In this document: piece by piece, positions 1 through 24,250 of the stretch
Position numbering within the stretch: position 1 is the stretch's first letter
Layout: each line of letters starts with the position of its first letter
NCBI RefSeq assembly: GCF_009914755.1
Contig: NC_060931.1
DNA from: the human T2T-CHM13v2.0 reference genome, Homo sapiens
DNA length: 64,000 nucleotides
Direction: 5' to 3' (one strand)
Position numbers and translations under genes: made by a program
Notes under the pieces: model-generated
Seen by the model: only the letters and a program-made list of their open reading frames with translations
What the model was told of the DNA's origin: nothing
The model's database searches: none

Positions 1-871
1 TTTGATACAGCAAGATGAAACAAGCATATAATGCCACAGAAAGAGCTCTTCCAGCATTATTCTTTCTCAGACTGAGATGCACTTTCAGGTGAGGTGTTGT
101 CTTCCCCCACAGTGCTGCAGCGAATATTAGTGCTTACTCAGTTGGTTCCCGCTGAGTGATTGGAGTCAGGAGATGGGAGGGTTGTACCTGTGACTGCTGA
201 GTATTGCCTGCAGAATGGGCCCAGAACGCATAGTTCAGGAATTTCAGGAGAAGACGACGGTCCTTAATCCAAGGCTGGGGGTTGTTTGCACGCTGCTGTG
301 CTGCCCTGTGGTGCACCCCTGCCTGGAGCTCCAACAGACAAGTTGACTTCTGGTGACTGTTTCTCCTTCACTTCTTAGTCCCCCTCCTCCAGCTTTTTGA
401 CATTCACCACATACATATATTATTGTCATATGATCTGTTCTTCTATATCAGTTCTTCATTTTCTACTTTAATTCCTCCTTAACTATTGTACTGATTTTTG
501 ATTGACTTACCCAGTGCCTTTTCATGGACCTCTCTTCCCACCCCCAAAATTGGTTATCTTTGGGACCTTGAAATAAATTTGTCTCTAAATTATGAATAAT
601 TGGTGTACTTAACTAACTTATGCATAATATGAATTTTATTGTGACTTACCTGTCATACTCTAATAGCCTCAGCTTCTATTTATTGCTAAAGTTTGTGTTT
701 CTGGCTGTAAAATATTACTTATTTCACATATATCAGGGGCTTTTTATATGATTTTTTTCTTCTCTTTTTGCTCACCTGGGGAGTTCCTTCCCCTTTCCAT
801 AAACTGTGGTCCCTGCATGGCTGTGCCCCATCCCTCCTCATCTGGCTTGTCCTGCCCACATCGCCCTGCAG

Positions 872-987
872 GGTTCTATGGCCTGGATGAGTCTGACCTC
901 GACAAGGTCTTCCACTTGCCCACCACCACTTTCATCGGGGGACAGGAATCAGCACTTCCTCTGCGGGAGATCATCCGTCGGCTGGAG
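872..987 (+). CDS. OGDH: OGDH exon 5 (116 nt; (G)[11 protein letters not shown]...EIIRRLE)
   Basis: ctgcag|GG acceptor, GAG|gtaaga donor; peptide matches recalled human OGDH; phase 1 in, phase 0 out. Exons 1-4 lie upstream of the window. Confidence 0.97.
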
Positions 988-1091
988 GTAAGAGCAGTTT
1001 CTGGAAAAATCTAATGGACTTCTTAAGAACTTGTATTGGCAGGATGGCTTTGAGACTAGTTTTATTTTTTTTCTTTGTCCTATCTTTCTAT

Positions 1092-1378
1092 TTTATTTTT
1101 TCTCTGAGACAGAGTTACTGTCACCCAGGCTAGAATGCAGTGACACAGTTTGGCTCACTGCAGCCTTGACCTCCCAGTCTCAAACCATCCTCCCACCCCA
1201 ACCTCTTGTATCTGGGACTACTGGTACACACCACCATGCCCAGCTAATTTTTTTTTAATTTTTTATTGTAGAGATGAGGTGTTGCTGTGTTCCTCAGGCT
1301 GGTCTCAAATGCCTGGGCTCAAGTCATCCTCCTACCTCGGCCTCTCGAAGTGCTGGGATTACAAACATGAACCTGTCT
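1092..1378 (-). mobile_element. Alu (J-like, diverged)
   Basis: Antisense Alu dimer with T-rich tail. Confidence 0.85.
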
Positions 1379-1734
1379 GTCTTTTTAAAAATTGTAAGGG
1401 AAGGAGGACTTTTGTGGCTATTGTTGCCATTTTATAGATAGAAACCAGTGGTTTTGTGATCAGCCATAGAGAGGGGAAGTAAATTCTGCTTTCAGATCCC
1501 ACTAGGAGTTTATTACAGATGGAAGGAGAGTCACTTCAACCCTGAGGGACAGGCCTCAAGTCAGGGGTGGCTTCGTGCACAGCTCAGTGTCAGGGCTGCT
1601 GAGTGGTGGCCACTCTTCTTTCCTCTCTCCCTCTGTTCCTCTCATCCTTGTGTTTTGTTTCATTTTTTTCCTTCTCTCTGGACTCTGTTAGTACTAAGCC
1701 TGCCAGGAAATTCTTTCATTCACACACATTATAG

Positions 1735-1900
1735 ACAGTGGCTAAGAGTTGTGGCTCTGCTGTTAGGCTACCTGTGTCTAGTTCTTCCATCCTGGGCAAG
1801 TCATAGCCTCCCTCAGTATAAGGGTGACTTCTATGCCCATTGCAGAGGGGAGAATGGATTTGATGAGAGGTGCATGCCAAGAGTTGGCTATTACTGTTAC
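1735..1900 (+). mobile_element. MIR fragment
   Basis: gtggctaagag...ggctctg...ctgggcaagtca resembles the MIR 5' region and core; heavily diverged. Confidence 0.5.
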
Positions 1901-2292
1901 TTAATGCTGTTCCTGGTATTCAGAGCTAAAGGATCGAGGTTAAAATAAACTGAGGAAATACCCTGGAATGGGGACCCTCAGAATTGAGTATATATATCAG
2001 CTGGGGTCCTGCCTATCATGCAGAGTCTGAATCCTGACGTCCCTAACTAACCCAGGTTGAACCACACTGGCCATCAGGGCTCTCTGAGGCTGTTCCTCTC
2101 ATGGCTGGACATTAGAACCACCTGGAGAGCTTACAGAACTGATATCCAGGCCACAGCCCAGGTCCCCTAAATCAGAAGCCCTCTAGCACCCCAGGGATTA
2201 ATGCTTGCTGCCGCAAGTGAATTTTAATTTAAAACTCTCTTGTCAGTGTTTCCAGTTGGCTGCACAGTGGCTTAAAAAGATCTGAGTGTCCA

Positions 2293-2590
2293 GGCCAGGC
2301 ACAGTGTCTCACGCCTATAGTCCCAGCACTTTGGGAGGCCGAGACAGGTGGATCATAAGGTCGGGAGTTCAAGACCAGCCTGGCCAAGATCGTGAAACGC
2401 CATCTCTATTAAAAATACAAAAATTAGCGGGGTGTGATGGTGGGCTCCTGTAATCCCAGCTACATGGGAGGCTGACGCAGATAATTGCTTGAACCTGGGA
2501 GCGGGAGGTTGCAGTGAGCGAAGATCGCGCCACTGCACTCCAGCCTGGGCAACAGAGCAAGACTCCATCTCAAAAACAAACAAAAAAAAA
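2293..2590 (+). mobile_element. AluS with TSD ctgagtgtcca
   Basis: Full dimer, A-tail and flanking direct repeat. Confidence 0.92.
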
Positions 2591-2874
2591 CTGAGTGTCC
2601 AGTGCTGGCATTTTCTGTAGTTTGTGATGAGCATCCTGAAGTATTGTCAGCATCTCAGCTTGGAGCTGCTTCACCGCCTGCCTTCCTCACTTGTTGAGGA
2701 GAAAGGGGTAGAAACCAGAACTATGTGCCAGCATCAGAAGCTTGTGGCCAGTGGGATGTATTGGGCACCAGGGGGGGAGTGATAAGGATTAATCCAAGAA
2801 GAATGAACCTTTGGGTCCTTCCTGTCACCTTTATCTGCACCCACATCACCACACTGACCATAGTTTCTAGTTCT

Positions 2875-3057
2875 GCCTACTAGCCACATGTTACTATTGA
2901 GCACTTGAAATGTACAAAATATTTGAATGACTTTTTAAATGTTGAAAAGATAATGTTTGATACATCGGGTCAAATAAAATAGGAAAATTTCATGTGGGTC
3001 TACTAGAAAAACAAATTACATATGTGGCTTACATAATGTTTCTGTTGAATGTTGCTG
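2875..3057. mobile_element. MER33/MER3-like hAT-Charlie MITE remnant
   Basis: tagccacatgttactattgagcacttgaaatgt and aattacatatgtggct resemble the recalled consensus. Confidence 0.6.
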
Positions 3058-3205
3058 ATCTGTGAAGTTCTTGTGTTGCCTGGACCCCCCACAAATGGCA
3101 CCCCATATAGCTTCTCCAAGTGGCCCTACCCCCAAGTTATTTCACTGCTCATGTGTTCCACCCAGTTCCTTCAGTGTATTTTCTGTTACAACAGCCATCT
3201 GGTGA

Positions 3206-3606
<401 letters not shown>

Positions 3607-4883
3607 CCAGCAGCTCATCCTTAAACATGCTCTCACATTGGAAAGCTCCCATGGAGTCACTGTCTCCATAGCACGTCACAGTGTCACCTCTCAGGGGCCT
3701 GTTCAGGACCTTCCTTCCCAGAGAGCATAGGCATTGATGTCCCTATGGCTAACTTCCTATCTGAATCTTGAATCCCAGGTAATTTCGATTTCATCATATG
3801 AAGGGGGTGGAGGGCCTGAAGCACATTGAAGGGCTGCCTCCCTTTCAGTCCAGTTGATGCCAGAGCCTTGGAGTTGGCTCTTGTTGTCTGAGATGGTTGG
3901 ACCTGTACCCAGGAGTCTAAGGCTGTACGCGCTCCTGGCCCCAGAGCAGCCCCAACTTAGAAGACTCCATTTTCACAACAGTTTACAGACATTTGCATAA
4001 AGTTCTCATTGCCCTGCCTGATGGTGATGCTTTACTTACATTTAATGTGTGTGTATGTTAGATTGGTGATATAATCAGACAGATCTTAAGCTATTGATCA
4101 CGTGATGTGGTGGTCAATTTGTACCTTTTTCAAAAATTAGAGGAAATTCAACTTATTGGCTTCCTAAAAATTGTCTCATTAGAGGGAAAAACAAAGAATC
4201 AGCCCCTGAATCTTGCTGCCCTTTTCTCCTGGAGACAGGGCCAAGAACAGGAAAAACACAGCATGATCTAGTGGCCCGGTAACTACATCTCCAAGTTAAT
4301 TGTTAAAGTAATGCTGATGTTGGAGAGATACTGATTTCTAGAGTTTTTAACCCAATAGTTTCTTCTGTTCAATAATGGAAATTCTGCCACCGTCAGGTGT
4401 AAAAGGGAGAGAGGAAAGGCATGGGCAGAGCCTGGGTAGCACAGTTCTGCCAGCTCTGTAATTGGAAACAGCAGTAGTGATGAAGGGAAGAGTCCTTCCC
4501 TCACAGCACCCCTCACCAGTGGGTCATTTGGGGTCGTGATGATGAAGAAGGGACAGATAGCCAGTTACTGGGTTTGCAACTCAGGCATGGACCCCATCCA
4601 AAGAGGGTAGGTCCTCTTTGAAGGTTCTCATTAACAGCCACTCTGGGGCTGGCCATGTCTTCTTGAATGGGTTTCTGCAGAAATGTAGTTTCTTCTGCTG
4701 GTCAGTACCTTGGGCACTATGGATCCCCAAGTGTCTGTAAAGTTGAGATGGTACAGTGGACTGATGTTGACTCTGAAATTAGGGATTAGGGGGCCAACTA
4801 CACCCTCTTCTTGTATTTTTTGTGCATCTAATTTAGAAGTTCATAGTTTTATCTTAGATGTGATTAGAAAATATGGTTTGTGG

Positions 4884-5610
<727 letters not shown>

Positions 5611-5637
5611 AAACGGGTTAATAAAAATATCTTAAAT

Positions 5638-6261
<624 letters not shown>

Positions 6262-6678
6262 CCTTAAATACTAGGGTCTTTCCCAGCAGCACTTTCTCTT
6301 TTAGTTCCTAGGCAAGATTTTTCTTCTGTTGACTTGGATAATAACTAGAGTATTGTGGTTGGCCATAATTTTGAGTTTAGGCAAAGTTTGCTTTGTTTCA
6401 TGGTCACGGAGCTTGTGTACAGGGATAGCCCACCCTCCTCTGCAAAGAACAGGGCTGGTCTCAGATTCAGCACATCCTTTAACTGCTCATGCCAGCTGGT
6501 CTCATTGTCTGTTGTGAAAACCAAGTGGGGTCATGGATGAGAGCTGCTGAGCAGGACCTAACACTCTAAGTACTCTGGCAGCAGTGGCTGCTGTAAAGGC
6601 AGTTAGAGGAGGCTTTGGGGGTCTGTAAAGTGTCTGTTGGCCCACATTAGGGCCTATCTTCTTTTTATTCCATGCTGA

Positions 6679-7095
<417 letters not shown>

Positions 7096-7942
7096 CCCGA
7101 GATGGACTTCTAAGAGCCTGGTGCCTCCTCTCGCTCCTGGCACCTCTCCTCTTCCTGAATTCCTCCCTGCCGAGCTCTGCAGATCTGGATGCTGCTTCCT
7201 CACCCAGCTGTGCAGTGTGAACGTGGTACAGGACATCTTGATCTGCTCAGGATCCTGACTTTTGTCTTATGGGCAATCTTGCTTCCTGAGGCAGAAGGAT
7301 CATTTGAGCCCAGGAGTTCAAGACCAGCCTGGGTAACATAGTGAGACCTCATCTCTCCAAAAAATTCAAAACATGAGGCAAGAAGATCACTTGAGCTCAA
7401 GAGGTTGAGGCTGCAACGGGCTCTGATAGCGCTACTGCACTCCCGCCTCGATGACAGAGACCCTGCCTCAAAAAAATAAATAAATAAATAAATAATTTTT
7501 AAAACCTGCAAATCTTTAACAGCCATTGAGCCTATGACACCCTATGGGCATTTCCTGTCATGGGTGCTGGTACAGGTCTGACCTTGATGACAGCCTGTCT
7601 TCCCTGGGGAAGGACCCAGTTCCACAACTGTTGCGGTCTGTGCTTCTTGCCACAAAGGTAACAGAGTAGAACTGGGGTTGTCCCTTGGCCTGCCCTTGGA
7701 AGGCTAGGAGGTTCTCTGTGTACAAGTGACCCAGGTCCCTGAAGGAAGCACTTCATGACCCTATGAAGAGGGCTTCTGCCTGGCACCCACTCCATCCCAT
7801 CCTCAGTCACACTTGATTGGAGTACATTTCAGAACAAGCCTCCTGCTTATCCCCTCCTTCTGGCTGAATGGGCAGTCGGCAGTCTTCATTCAGCCAGGCC
7901 TGGTTAGAAATCCCCTTGACTGTGTGTTTCTGTATGGAATAG

Positions 7943-8097
7943 ATGGCCTACTGCCAGCATATTGGGGTGGAGTTCATGTTCATCAATGACCTGGAGCAGT
8001 GCCAGTGGATCCGGCAGAAGTTTGAGACCCCTGGGATCATGCAGTTCACAAATGAGGAGAAACGGACCCTGCTGGCCAGGCTTGTGCGGTCCACCAG
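7943..8097 (+). CDS. OGDH: OGDH exon 6 (155 nt; [12 protein letters not shown]...LVRST)
   Basis: gaatag|ATG acceptor, CAG|gtatgg donor; typical SucA/OGDH YC..IG.EFM motif. Confidence 0.97.
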
Positions 8098-8271
8098 GTA
8101 TGGGTCTGGCCCTGGGCCATGGGGCAGACATTCCCAGGGAAGCAGTGACCCTGTCTGTGTTGATCGGGCCTGTGTGCAGCCTGTTGGCCGAGGTGAGAGG
8201 GGGTTTGGGGTGGTACAGGCAAAGCTCCATCTGCACATGTGTGAAGAGACACCAGACAAGTAGAGTCAGCC

Positions 8272-8500
8272 TTCAGAGCAACCTCCGCCTCCTGAATTCA
8301 AGTGATTCTCTTGCCTCAGCCTCCTGAGTAGCAGGGATTACAGAGGCACACCACCACGGCTGGCTAATTTTTATATTTTTAGTAGAGATGAGGTTTCACC
8401 GTGTTGGCCAGGCTGGTCTCGAACTCCTGACCTCAGCTGATCTGCCCACCTCGGCCTCCCAAGGTGCTGGGATTACAGGTGTGAGCCTCCATGCCTGGCC
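8272..8500 (-). mobile_element. Partial AluS in intron 6
   Basis: gcaacctccgcctcctg through gcctggcc; tail missing. Confidence 0.88.
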
Positions 8501-8566
8501 AGAATCCCCTCTTTTTGGTCAGGAAGAGTGACATTGCCCTTCAAGGTGGCTTGGTTCCCTGTCCAG

Positions 8567-8713
8567 GTTTGAGGAGTTCCTACAGCGGAAGTGGTCCTCT
8601 GAGAAGCGCTTTGGTCTAGAAGGCTGCGAGGTACTGATCCCTGCCCTCAAGACCATCATTGACAAGTCTAGTGAGAATGGCGTGGACTACGTGATCATGG
8701 GCATGCCACACAG
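8567..8713 (+). CDS. OGDH: OGDH exon 7 (147 nt; [21 protein letters not shown]...GMPH)
   Basis: gtccag|G acceptor, CAG|gtacag donor; KRFGLEG and GMPHRGRLN motifs; absent from the ORF track, read by hand. Confidence 0.97.
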
Positions 8714-9265
8714 GTACAGCCAAGGGCGCGCCCAACCTGGTTTCTCACCATCCCTGTGGGCTGTGTAGGAGGCACCAGGTAAAGGCACTGAGAGAGCAGC
8801 TGTTTCCTCCTTGAGTGCCAGTTGTGAGTCTGGGCTCATCTGGTACCTGAGGGTGTATTGCTTTGCAGGGGATTCTCACATTGCCTGCCTCTGGAGGACT
8901 GCAAAGTCATGGTCACCTCCAAAGCCACATGTAGTTTCAGACTGGCATTTGGCCTTACAGTGCATCTTTATGAAAATTAAACCCAAGTTCCCTTGTTGGG
9001 GTCTAACCTGGAGGGAAGGCTGCTTCCTGACATTGAAGGGGAGGCCAAGACTGTGAAAATAGGGAAGGTGTGGGGAGGGAGAAGGGTAAGGAAGCCTCAG
9101 GCCCATGGCATTGCTGCATCTTCTATCTTTCTGCTGCCCACTGTGGCCTTGATTGCCCAGCACGGAGAGGCTCGGTTCCCACATTAGCTCCAGTTTACAG
9201 CTATCCTTGGGCTGCAAACCGAGGAGGTGCCGTGTCCTGGGGGGAGGGGGAGGGGGGGATTGTAA

Positions 9266-9496
<231 letters not shown>

Positions 9497-9606
9497 TAGA
9501 ATGACTTACGGGGGGTTGGTTCTTCTGTACCATTTGTGATTTGCCTTCCTTGTTGGGAGAATTTTAGTGTTGGGACAAAGGTGGCCAGTGGCCCACCTCC
9601 TGGTCA

Positions 9607-10113
<507 letters not shown>

Positions 10114-10125
10114 TTACCCCATCAG

Positions 10126-10305
10126 GGCTCCGGAGATGTGAAGTACCACCTGGGCATGTATCACCGCAGGATCAATCGTGTCACCGACAGGAACATTACC
10201 TTGTCCTTGGTGGCCAACCCTTCCCACCTTGAGGCCGCTGACCCCGTGGTGATGGGCAAGACCAAAGCCGAACAGTTTTACTGTGGCGACACTGAAGGGA
10301 AAAAG
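10126..10305 (+). CDS. OGDH: OGDH exon 9 (180 nt; [10 protein letters not shown]...NPSHLE...EGKK)
   Basis: catcag|GGC acceptor, AAG|gtaagg donor; GDVKYHLG and NPSHLE motifs. Confidence 0.97.
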
Positions 10306-10808
<503 letters not shown>

Positions 10809-11740
10809 TTAAAGAATAGCAATAGTAAAACAGTCCTGCTTACAGTGTTCCTTTTCCTGAAGTTGTAATTGTCAGAACTATGTGGGAAGTTTGCTTTTGT
10901 CTTCACCAAATCTGTTAAGGAGCCAGGTTGCAGTTATTCTGAATGGACAGAGATGTTTTCACTGAAAAGGAGGGGAGTCTGAGAGTCTCTGTAAGGAAAA
11001 AGTGTAGGTGAGCCTGAAGGAGAAATTGTAGAACTGAGACTTGTCAGGAGAGTCATGCTTGCTGTGATTAGAGGCGGGAGTTCACGGGCTGGTAGGAGAC
11101 GGAGGAGGGCACAGACTGCAGGCAGGTGGGGTCCTGCTTCACCATTTCTGGTCATGTGACTGAGTGTTGGGGGTTGACTCGCCTGCCTGCTTGTGTAGAA
11201 ATAGTCTCAACAGATTGTAACAATTTGCCCTTATTTAACTTCAAGATAGAATCTTGTCTGACAAATTTTATATTTCCTATTAATGATGACCTAAAAACCA
11301 AATAATCAGAAAAAAAATCAAATATTTGTAATGTCTTATGTATGGGTTCTGGGAAACATATAAAGAAGGCATCACCACTTTTCTCTCCAGAGCCTCCTGT
11401 TCTTTTTAGAAAAAAGGTCGTGTGTAAAGAAGCAAATAGCACATACACGGCATGATAGGAAACTGGAGTTAGCCGTGAAGAGCTTTGGAAGAGGTGTGCA
11501 GGGGTGTGGGCTAGAGTTGGACCAAGGATAGAAGGCACACCCCTTAGTAGCAGAGCAGGTAGTTGTCATTTTATTTGAGAAGTGGCAGGATTTAGGGAGG
11601 TGGGAAGGGAAGAATGTTTTCTGGAGATGAAAGGTAAGAGCAAAGATGTAGGGGGAATTGGGGACACAGAGCAGGGAGGGGCCGGCCTCCTAGTTGTGCC
11701 CTGGAAAGAAGTCAGGTCTATGTTAGAAGTGGAACCAATT

Positions 11741-12125
<385 letters not shown>

Positions 12126-13754
12126 TTAGAGGAAGGGAAACTGTCATCATAGGTAATGGAGCCTGGGCTGGGGAAGTGATTCCCGCATCGATCAATGCTC
12201 ACTGTAAAGAACGAGTATGACCCACAGGGACGCAGAGGTCATTCCATGGCTTCAAGCTCATGGGCCAGGACAGTGCCACAGAAACTTCAACTAGATGCAA
12301 AGAGGCCTTAGCTCTGGGGAACCTGCAGCCCCCGCAGGCAGTAACAACACTGGGTGTCTGGGATGGCCTGGGCTAAGGTGAGATCGGCATGGGGAGATCA
12401 GCATTGTGATGACCAGTGCCTCTGGTATTTGCACCCTCCTTGGCTAGGACACTCGCCCAGGCATTTGGGCTGAGTAGTGGAATGAGATTACCGAAAACTT
12501 TGGGTGATTCCCACATTCATAGATTGTGGACAGAAATCCACTCTAGCAGTACTCACCTCATAATGCTGGAAATTTCCCAAAAAGGAATGAAATCATTAGA
12601 GTAAAAGCAATAGAGTATATTTTAAACTGCTACAGATGGTCACACTGATTGGTCCCTTCATGAGATGCCAGGACAGGAGAGGCTGGTTAGTCCCTGATTT
12701 GCTCATAAGTCTGCATGCAGCTGAGTCCGAACTGTCAGTCCCTTTGTTTTCCAGTCTACACAAACCTTGTTGTCACAAGTTTGCCCTTGCCCCAATGTGG
12801 ATAGCTGCCAGGCCCTCTTTCTGAGCCTCCTCGTCACCTTGCCTCAAGCCCTCACATGTCCCCAGCAGGGTCAGTGTGGGGTCATTGCAGGCTCAGCCAT
12901 CTGCCTGTTCTTCTTACTCCTCTTGACACCCATAGGACATGATTTGATTTCTATTAAATCCAGAAACTCAGGGAGCTGGAGTGTGTGTTATGTAACTCTC
13001 AGCATTTTTCGTGAAGAATTACATACTTTCTGTAAGTGCAGCTGAGGTCATCCCATAACCTCATGCATGATTGTGAAACAGACCTGATTTGGCTCAGTGC
13101 TAATATGGCCTTTGGGATCTTTGTTCATGAAAGCATTTCCTCAGTGCAGCAATGCAACCTGCTGCAAAGGGAGAACCCGCTCCTGCCAGAGGTATGGCTC
13201 AGGCTGCCAGACACAAGGAGATTCCCCATGTGTCCTGGCTGTGATTTCAGCAGACAGTTACCACAGTGCAGTATGGCATGGTAGTCGCAGTACAACATCA
13301 CCAGGATGATCAAGAGCAAATACCATGACAAGAGGAAGACTGACTACAGGTGCCCTGTCAGCAGAAGACAGACTGGACAGAAAAGTATCTGCGGGAAGAA
13401 ACAACACACTATCGGGATCAGGAAAGCATGAAATGTCAGTGACTCAAAACCAATGGCTTTTACACTCAGGCAGCCTGGGCATCGTAGCAAAGCTGCACAC
13501 CTCCAAGGGGGCCCCGTAAGCAAACCAGATCCTTACGTCCACATGCTGCTATCCTAGTGAGCACCTGCCACATCCACCAAAAGGCAGGACACCTGCAGTT
13601 CTGTTTTTAAAAATTCTAGGTTTTGTCCCTGACACACAAATCATGGGTCTTAACCAAGGATGACTCAGCACAGCGCTGAGGACCAGGGTAATCACAAGAA
13701 CTCAGGGAGGTGCAGGTCAGTAGGCCCGTAGGCTGAGGACACAGCAGGAGAGGG

Positions 13755-14470
13755 TGTGTTGTATATCACCTTGGCTAGCCACAGCGTCCAGGTTTTTTTT
13801 GCTAAACACCCATCTAGATGGCATTTTGTAAAGATAAGATTAACGTTTAAACCAGTAGATTTTGAGTAAAGTAGAAGACCTTGCACAATGTGAGTGGGTT
13901 TCATCCAGTCAGTTCAAGGCCTTCGAGAAAAAACTGAGGTTCCCAGAAAAGAAGGAATTCTGCCTCCAGACAGCCTTCACACTTAAGCTGCAACATCAGC
14001 TCTGCTGTGGGTCTCCAGCCTGCCAGCCCGCCCTGCAGACTTTGCACTTGCCAGCCTGATTCCTTAAAAACCCATCTTTCTCGGCCAGGCACGATGACTC
14101 ATGCCTGTAATCCCAGCACTTTGGGAGGCTGAGGCAAGAGGAGTGCTTGAACCCAGGAGTTTGAGACCAGCATGACCAACATGGTGAAACCTCGTGTCTA
14201 CAAAAAAATGCCAAAATTAGCCAGGCATGGTGGCATGTACTTGTATTCCCTGCTACTTGTGTGACTGAGGTGGGAAAATCACTTGAGCTTGGGAGGCAGA
14301 GGTTGCAGTGAGCTGAGATCGTGCCACTGCACTCCAGCCTGGGTGAAAGAGTGAGACCCTGCCTCAAAAAAAAAGAAAAAGAAGAAAAGAAAGAAAGAAA
14401 ATCATTCTCTCTCTCCCTCTTCCTCTTCACCCTCTCAGTTCTGTCTCTCTGGAGAGCTCTGACTAATACA
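13755..14470 (+). mobile_element. MLT2-family (ERVL) LTR interrupted by an AluJ (~14083-14400)
   Basis: gagtaaagtagaagacc...gaaggaattctgcctccagac...ttctgtctctctggagagctctgactaataca terminus. Confidence 0.8.
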
Positions 14471-14690
14471 AGGGTTTTAAAGAGGTATAGGCTGTGTATC
14501 CAAGGAGTAGAGGTGGTGGGCTTACATGATTGTGGCATTGGGGACACTGAGCAAATGAGTAAACATATCAAAGGCAGTGAGGATGGAGTGTCTTGCAGTT
14601 GTAGGAGATATTTATAGGTGTGGAAGGAGGTGGCCTAGAAAGTGTTGGATTAAAATTTGGAGGTATCAATACAAACTCATAGTTTTATTG

Positions 14691-14692
<2 letters not shown>

Positions 14693-14733
<41 letters not shown>
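14693..14733. repeat. (CA)n microsatellite, ~20 units
   Basis: Seen directly. Confidence 0.97.
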
Positions 14734-14738
<5 letters not shown>

Positions 14739-15879
14739 TAGCCATGTATATGTGCGCCTGCATATGCACACATGTATTTTTTAGATGTATGCGGAATGGG
14801 CCTAGAAATGATGATATCCTGGCAGTGATGAGCACACAAATACTGGTCTTAAATCCCATCCTCTACTGGAGGAAGCTGGCTTCTTAGAGAAACAGCTGAT
14901 ATTGTCCAGGGCTGGACAGGGACAGTACAACATGGAAGCTACAATGTTCTGTTGGTCAGGAAGCAAGGAGGTGCTCATGAATGAAAGAGACCTGTCCCTG
15001 TTCACAGGAAAGGGAGGCAGCTGGACAGAGCTGCTCTCCCTATCAACCTGGAACAGTGTGAGCATTAAAATAACTAACAATATTAATGCAACCTGTCGAA
15101 TAAAATAGGAACCATGAGTACATACTAACACGAGTAAATAAACAAGGGAGAAGGGAAAGCTCTTCCTTGCAGAGAATGCCAACTAATAAATTTAGGAGTA
15201 ATCGAAACTGGTGTTTGCCATCCATCAACCACCCAAGGGGCTGGTTCAGACGCAGTTGTCAATACTGCTGAGGCTGGGGTGGAGGTTTGAGGAGGAACAG
15301 GATGTAAAGTTTCTTCTCACAAAATACTACCACTATACTCATTGCCAAGGAAAACAATGGTGAGTGAAAGGGAGGATAGCAGACAGCAGCCTCCCAGGTG
15401 AGCAGAGTTAACCTGACCTGATGCAGTATGTCCTTCCCAAGTGGGGACCCAAGGTCTGTCAAGGGTGCAAAGACAAGAAGGATGAGGAGCTGCTCCTGGT
15501 TGGAGGAGCCAAAGAGACCTGGCAAGTGATGCTGCCCTCCCATGTGGGGTCTGGGGCCAATGGCTAAGCTAGTGCTGCCCTCCCGGAACAGAGGGTCCGG
15601 GTAGTCATGTTGGAGAGTGTCCTAGCAATGCATCAGGTCTACAGCTCTTTCAGTGCTGAGAACAGATGATGATGGCAGGGTGTGTTGGTGTTGAGCAGAT
15701 ATACCAAGGTGCTAGCATGTTGGGGATTTGGGGCCCTGTGGACTTTCCTGCTACTTTCTATGTTTGAAATTATCTCAAAACGTTATTTTTTGAAAAACAA
15801 ATGATGCATTTCCTCTGTTTACCTTGTGGACTTGGCAATCAGAACATTCTGGATTTGGGGTCTCCTTTGGTGTTTACAG

Positions 15880-16008
15880 GTCATGTCCATCCTGTTGCAT
15901 GGGGATGCTGCATTTGCTGGCCAGGGCATTGTGTACGAGACCTTCCACCTCAGCGACCTGCCATCCTACACAACTCATGGCACCGTGCACGTGGTCGTCA
16001 ACAACCAG
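15880..16008 (+). CDS. OGDH: OGDH exon 10 (129 nt; [16 protein letters not shown]...VVNNQ), thiamine diphosphate/Mg-binding motif
   Basis: ttacag|GTC acceptor, CAG|gtacct donor; GD(A/G)-x(n)-NN ThDP motif. Confidence 0.97.
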
Positions 16009-16126
16009 GTACCTCACACCAGCCTGCGGCTTTGCTGCTCACATCAGTCTTACTTAGAATGACATCTCTGAGTCATTTAGGACGTTCACTGTTTTCTGAT
16101 TATAAAAATACATCTGTTATTAAAAA

Positions 16127-17688
<1,562 letters not shown>

Positions 17689-18049
17689 CAAGAATATTTT
17701 CTTCTGGTTCCACAGGCATACAGATGGCCTGTGCATGGGGACGTTCTCTTTCTTTAAGAAACTGGGTTCCATGTACACAGCTTTATATCCACTCTTATTT
17801 ACCACATATTTGCTCATATCATTACGTACCCTTTTAAAATAATTTTAATAGAAATATCTTATAACTTGTTTCATAAAATGGACTCTTAGGATTCTCATTT
17901 TTTATTTTCAGTAAGGCTGTGATGAACATTCTCATGAATATTTCTGCACAGGCCTGATACATATCACCTGTTAGATTCTTCCACCAGCCGTAGCTAAGGG
18001 TTCCCCTCATCGATGCGTGTGAAGTTTCCATAACAGATATTCTAGTGCC

Positions 18050-18850
18050 TTTTAACTCTAGGCACTCTCCTAGGTACCAGGCAGAGCACCGGTGTGCTCC
18101 CTATCATCACAGACCTTATAGTTTAGTGCAGGGTCAGGGGGCTCATAGACAGTGCCATGAAGTGGGTGTGGGAGGTGTTCTGCAAGATACTGGGTTAGTC
18201 AGCAGACAAGTCACTGAGGATTTGACATTTAAATGGAAACTTCAAGGTCAGGTAGGCAAATATTGGGGAGCATCAGATCAAGTCAGGAGAGAGGTCCTAG
18301 TGTCTGAAGGAGTGGACAAGGCCATCGCAGCTCATCGTTAGTGCAAGAGAGAACTGCCATCAGCCAGCACCTGAGGAAAGCTCCCAGTGGCATTGGGAGG
18401 CCATTGGAGAGACTGACGCAAGGAAGTGATGAGATACTGGTTGGTTATAAAGATGATTTGTTATAGTTTAGAATTGATTAGAGGAGGACAGAGAAACACA
18501 TGCAGCTGTCTCAGCAAGAAGTAGAGAGAGGGAAAAATTTAAATTTAAATAAGTAAATATGCTCACTAAGTAGCAAATACTAAAGAGCTCAAAATTTAAG
18601 AGGTCAAATACTAAGAGAGGGTAAGAACATTATCCAGTGCAAATATAACACACAATATGGTAAAAGCTACCACTTACTGCCTACTGTGTCCCAGATGCTG
18701 AATTAGGTACTTTATGTATATTAACTTAATTTGTAGGGTAGTTACCCATGCAGTGAGTGGTACTATTCCCATTTTACAGAAGTGAAAATTGAGGAGCAGA
18801 GAGATTGAATAGCTTACTAGAGGAAATGATAAGAGTCAGTATTTGATCTG
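18050..18850. mobile_element. L2 and MIR remnants
   Basis: L2-like 18050-18500; MIR core cccattttacagaagtgaaaattgagg near 18770. Confidence 0.55.
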
Positions 18851-18860
18851 CTTTCTTTGA

Positions 18861-24250
<5,390 letters not shown>

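Noticed and set aside
1-871. OGDH mutually exclusive exons 4A/4B and the neural cassette exon
   Set aside because: Known for OGDH, but no matching sequence is visible here; they lie upstream of the window.
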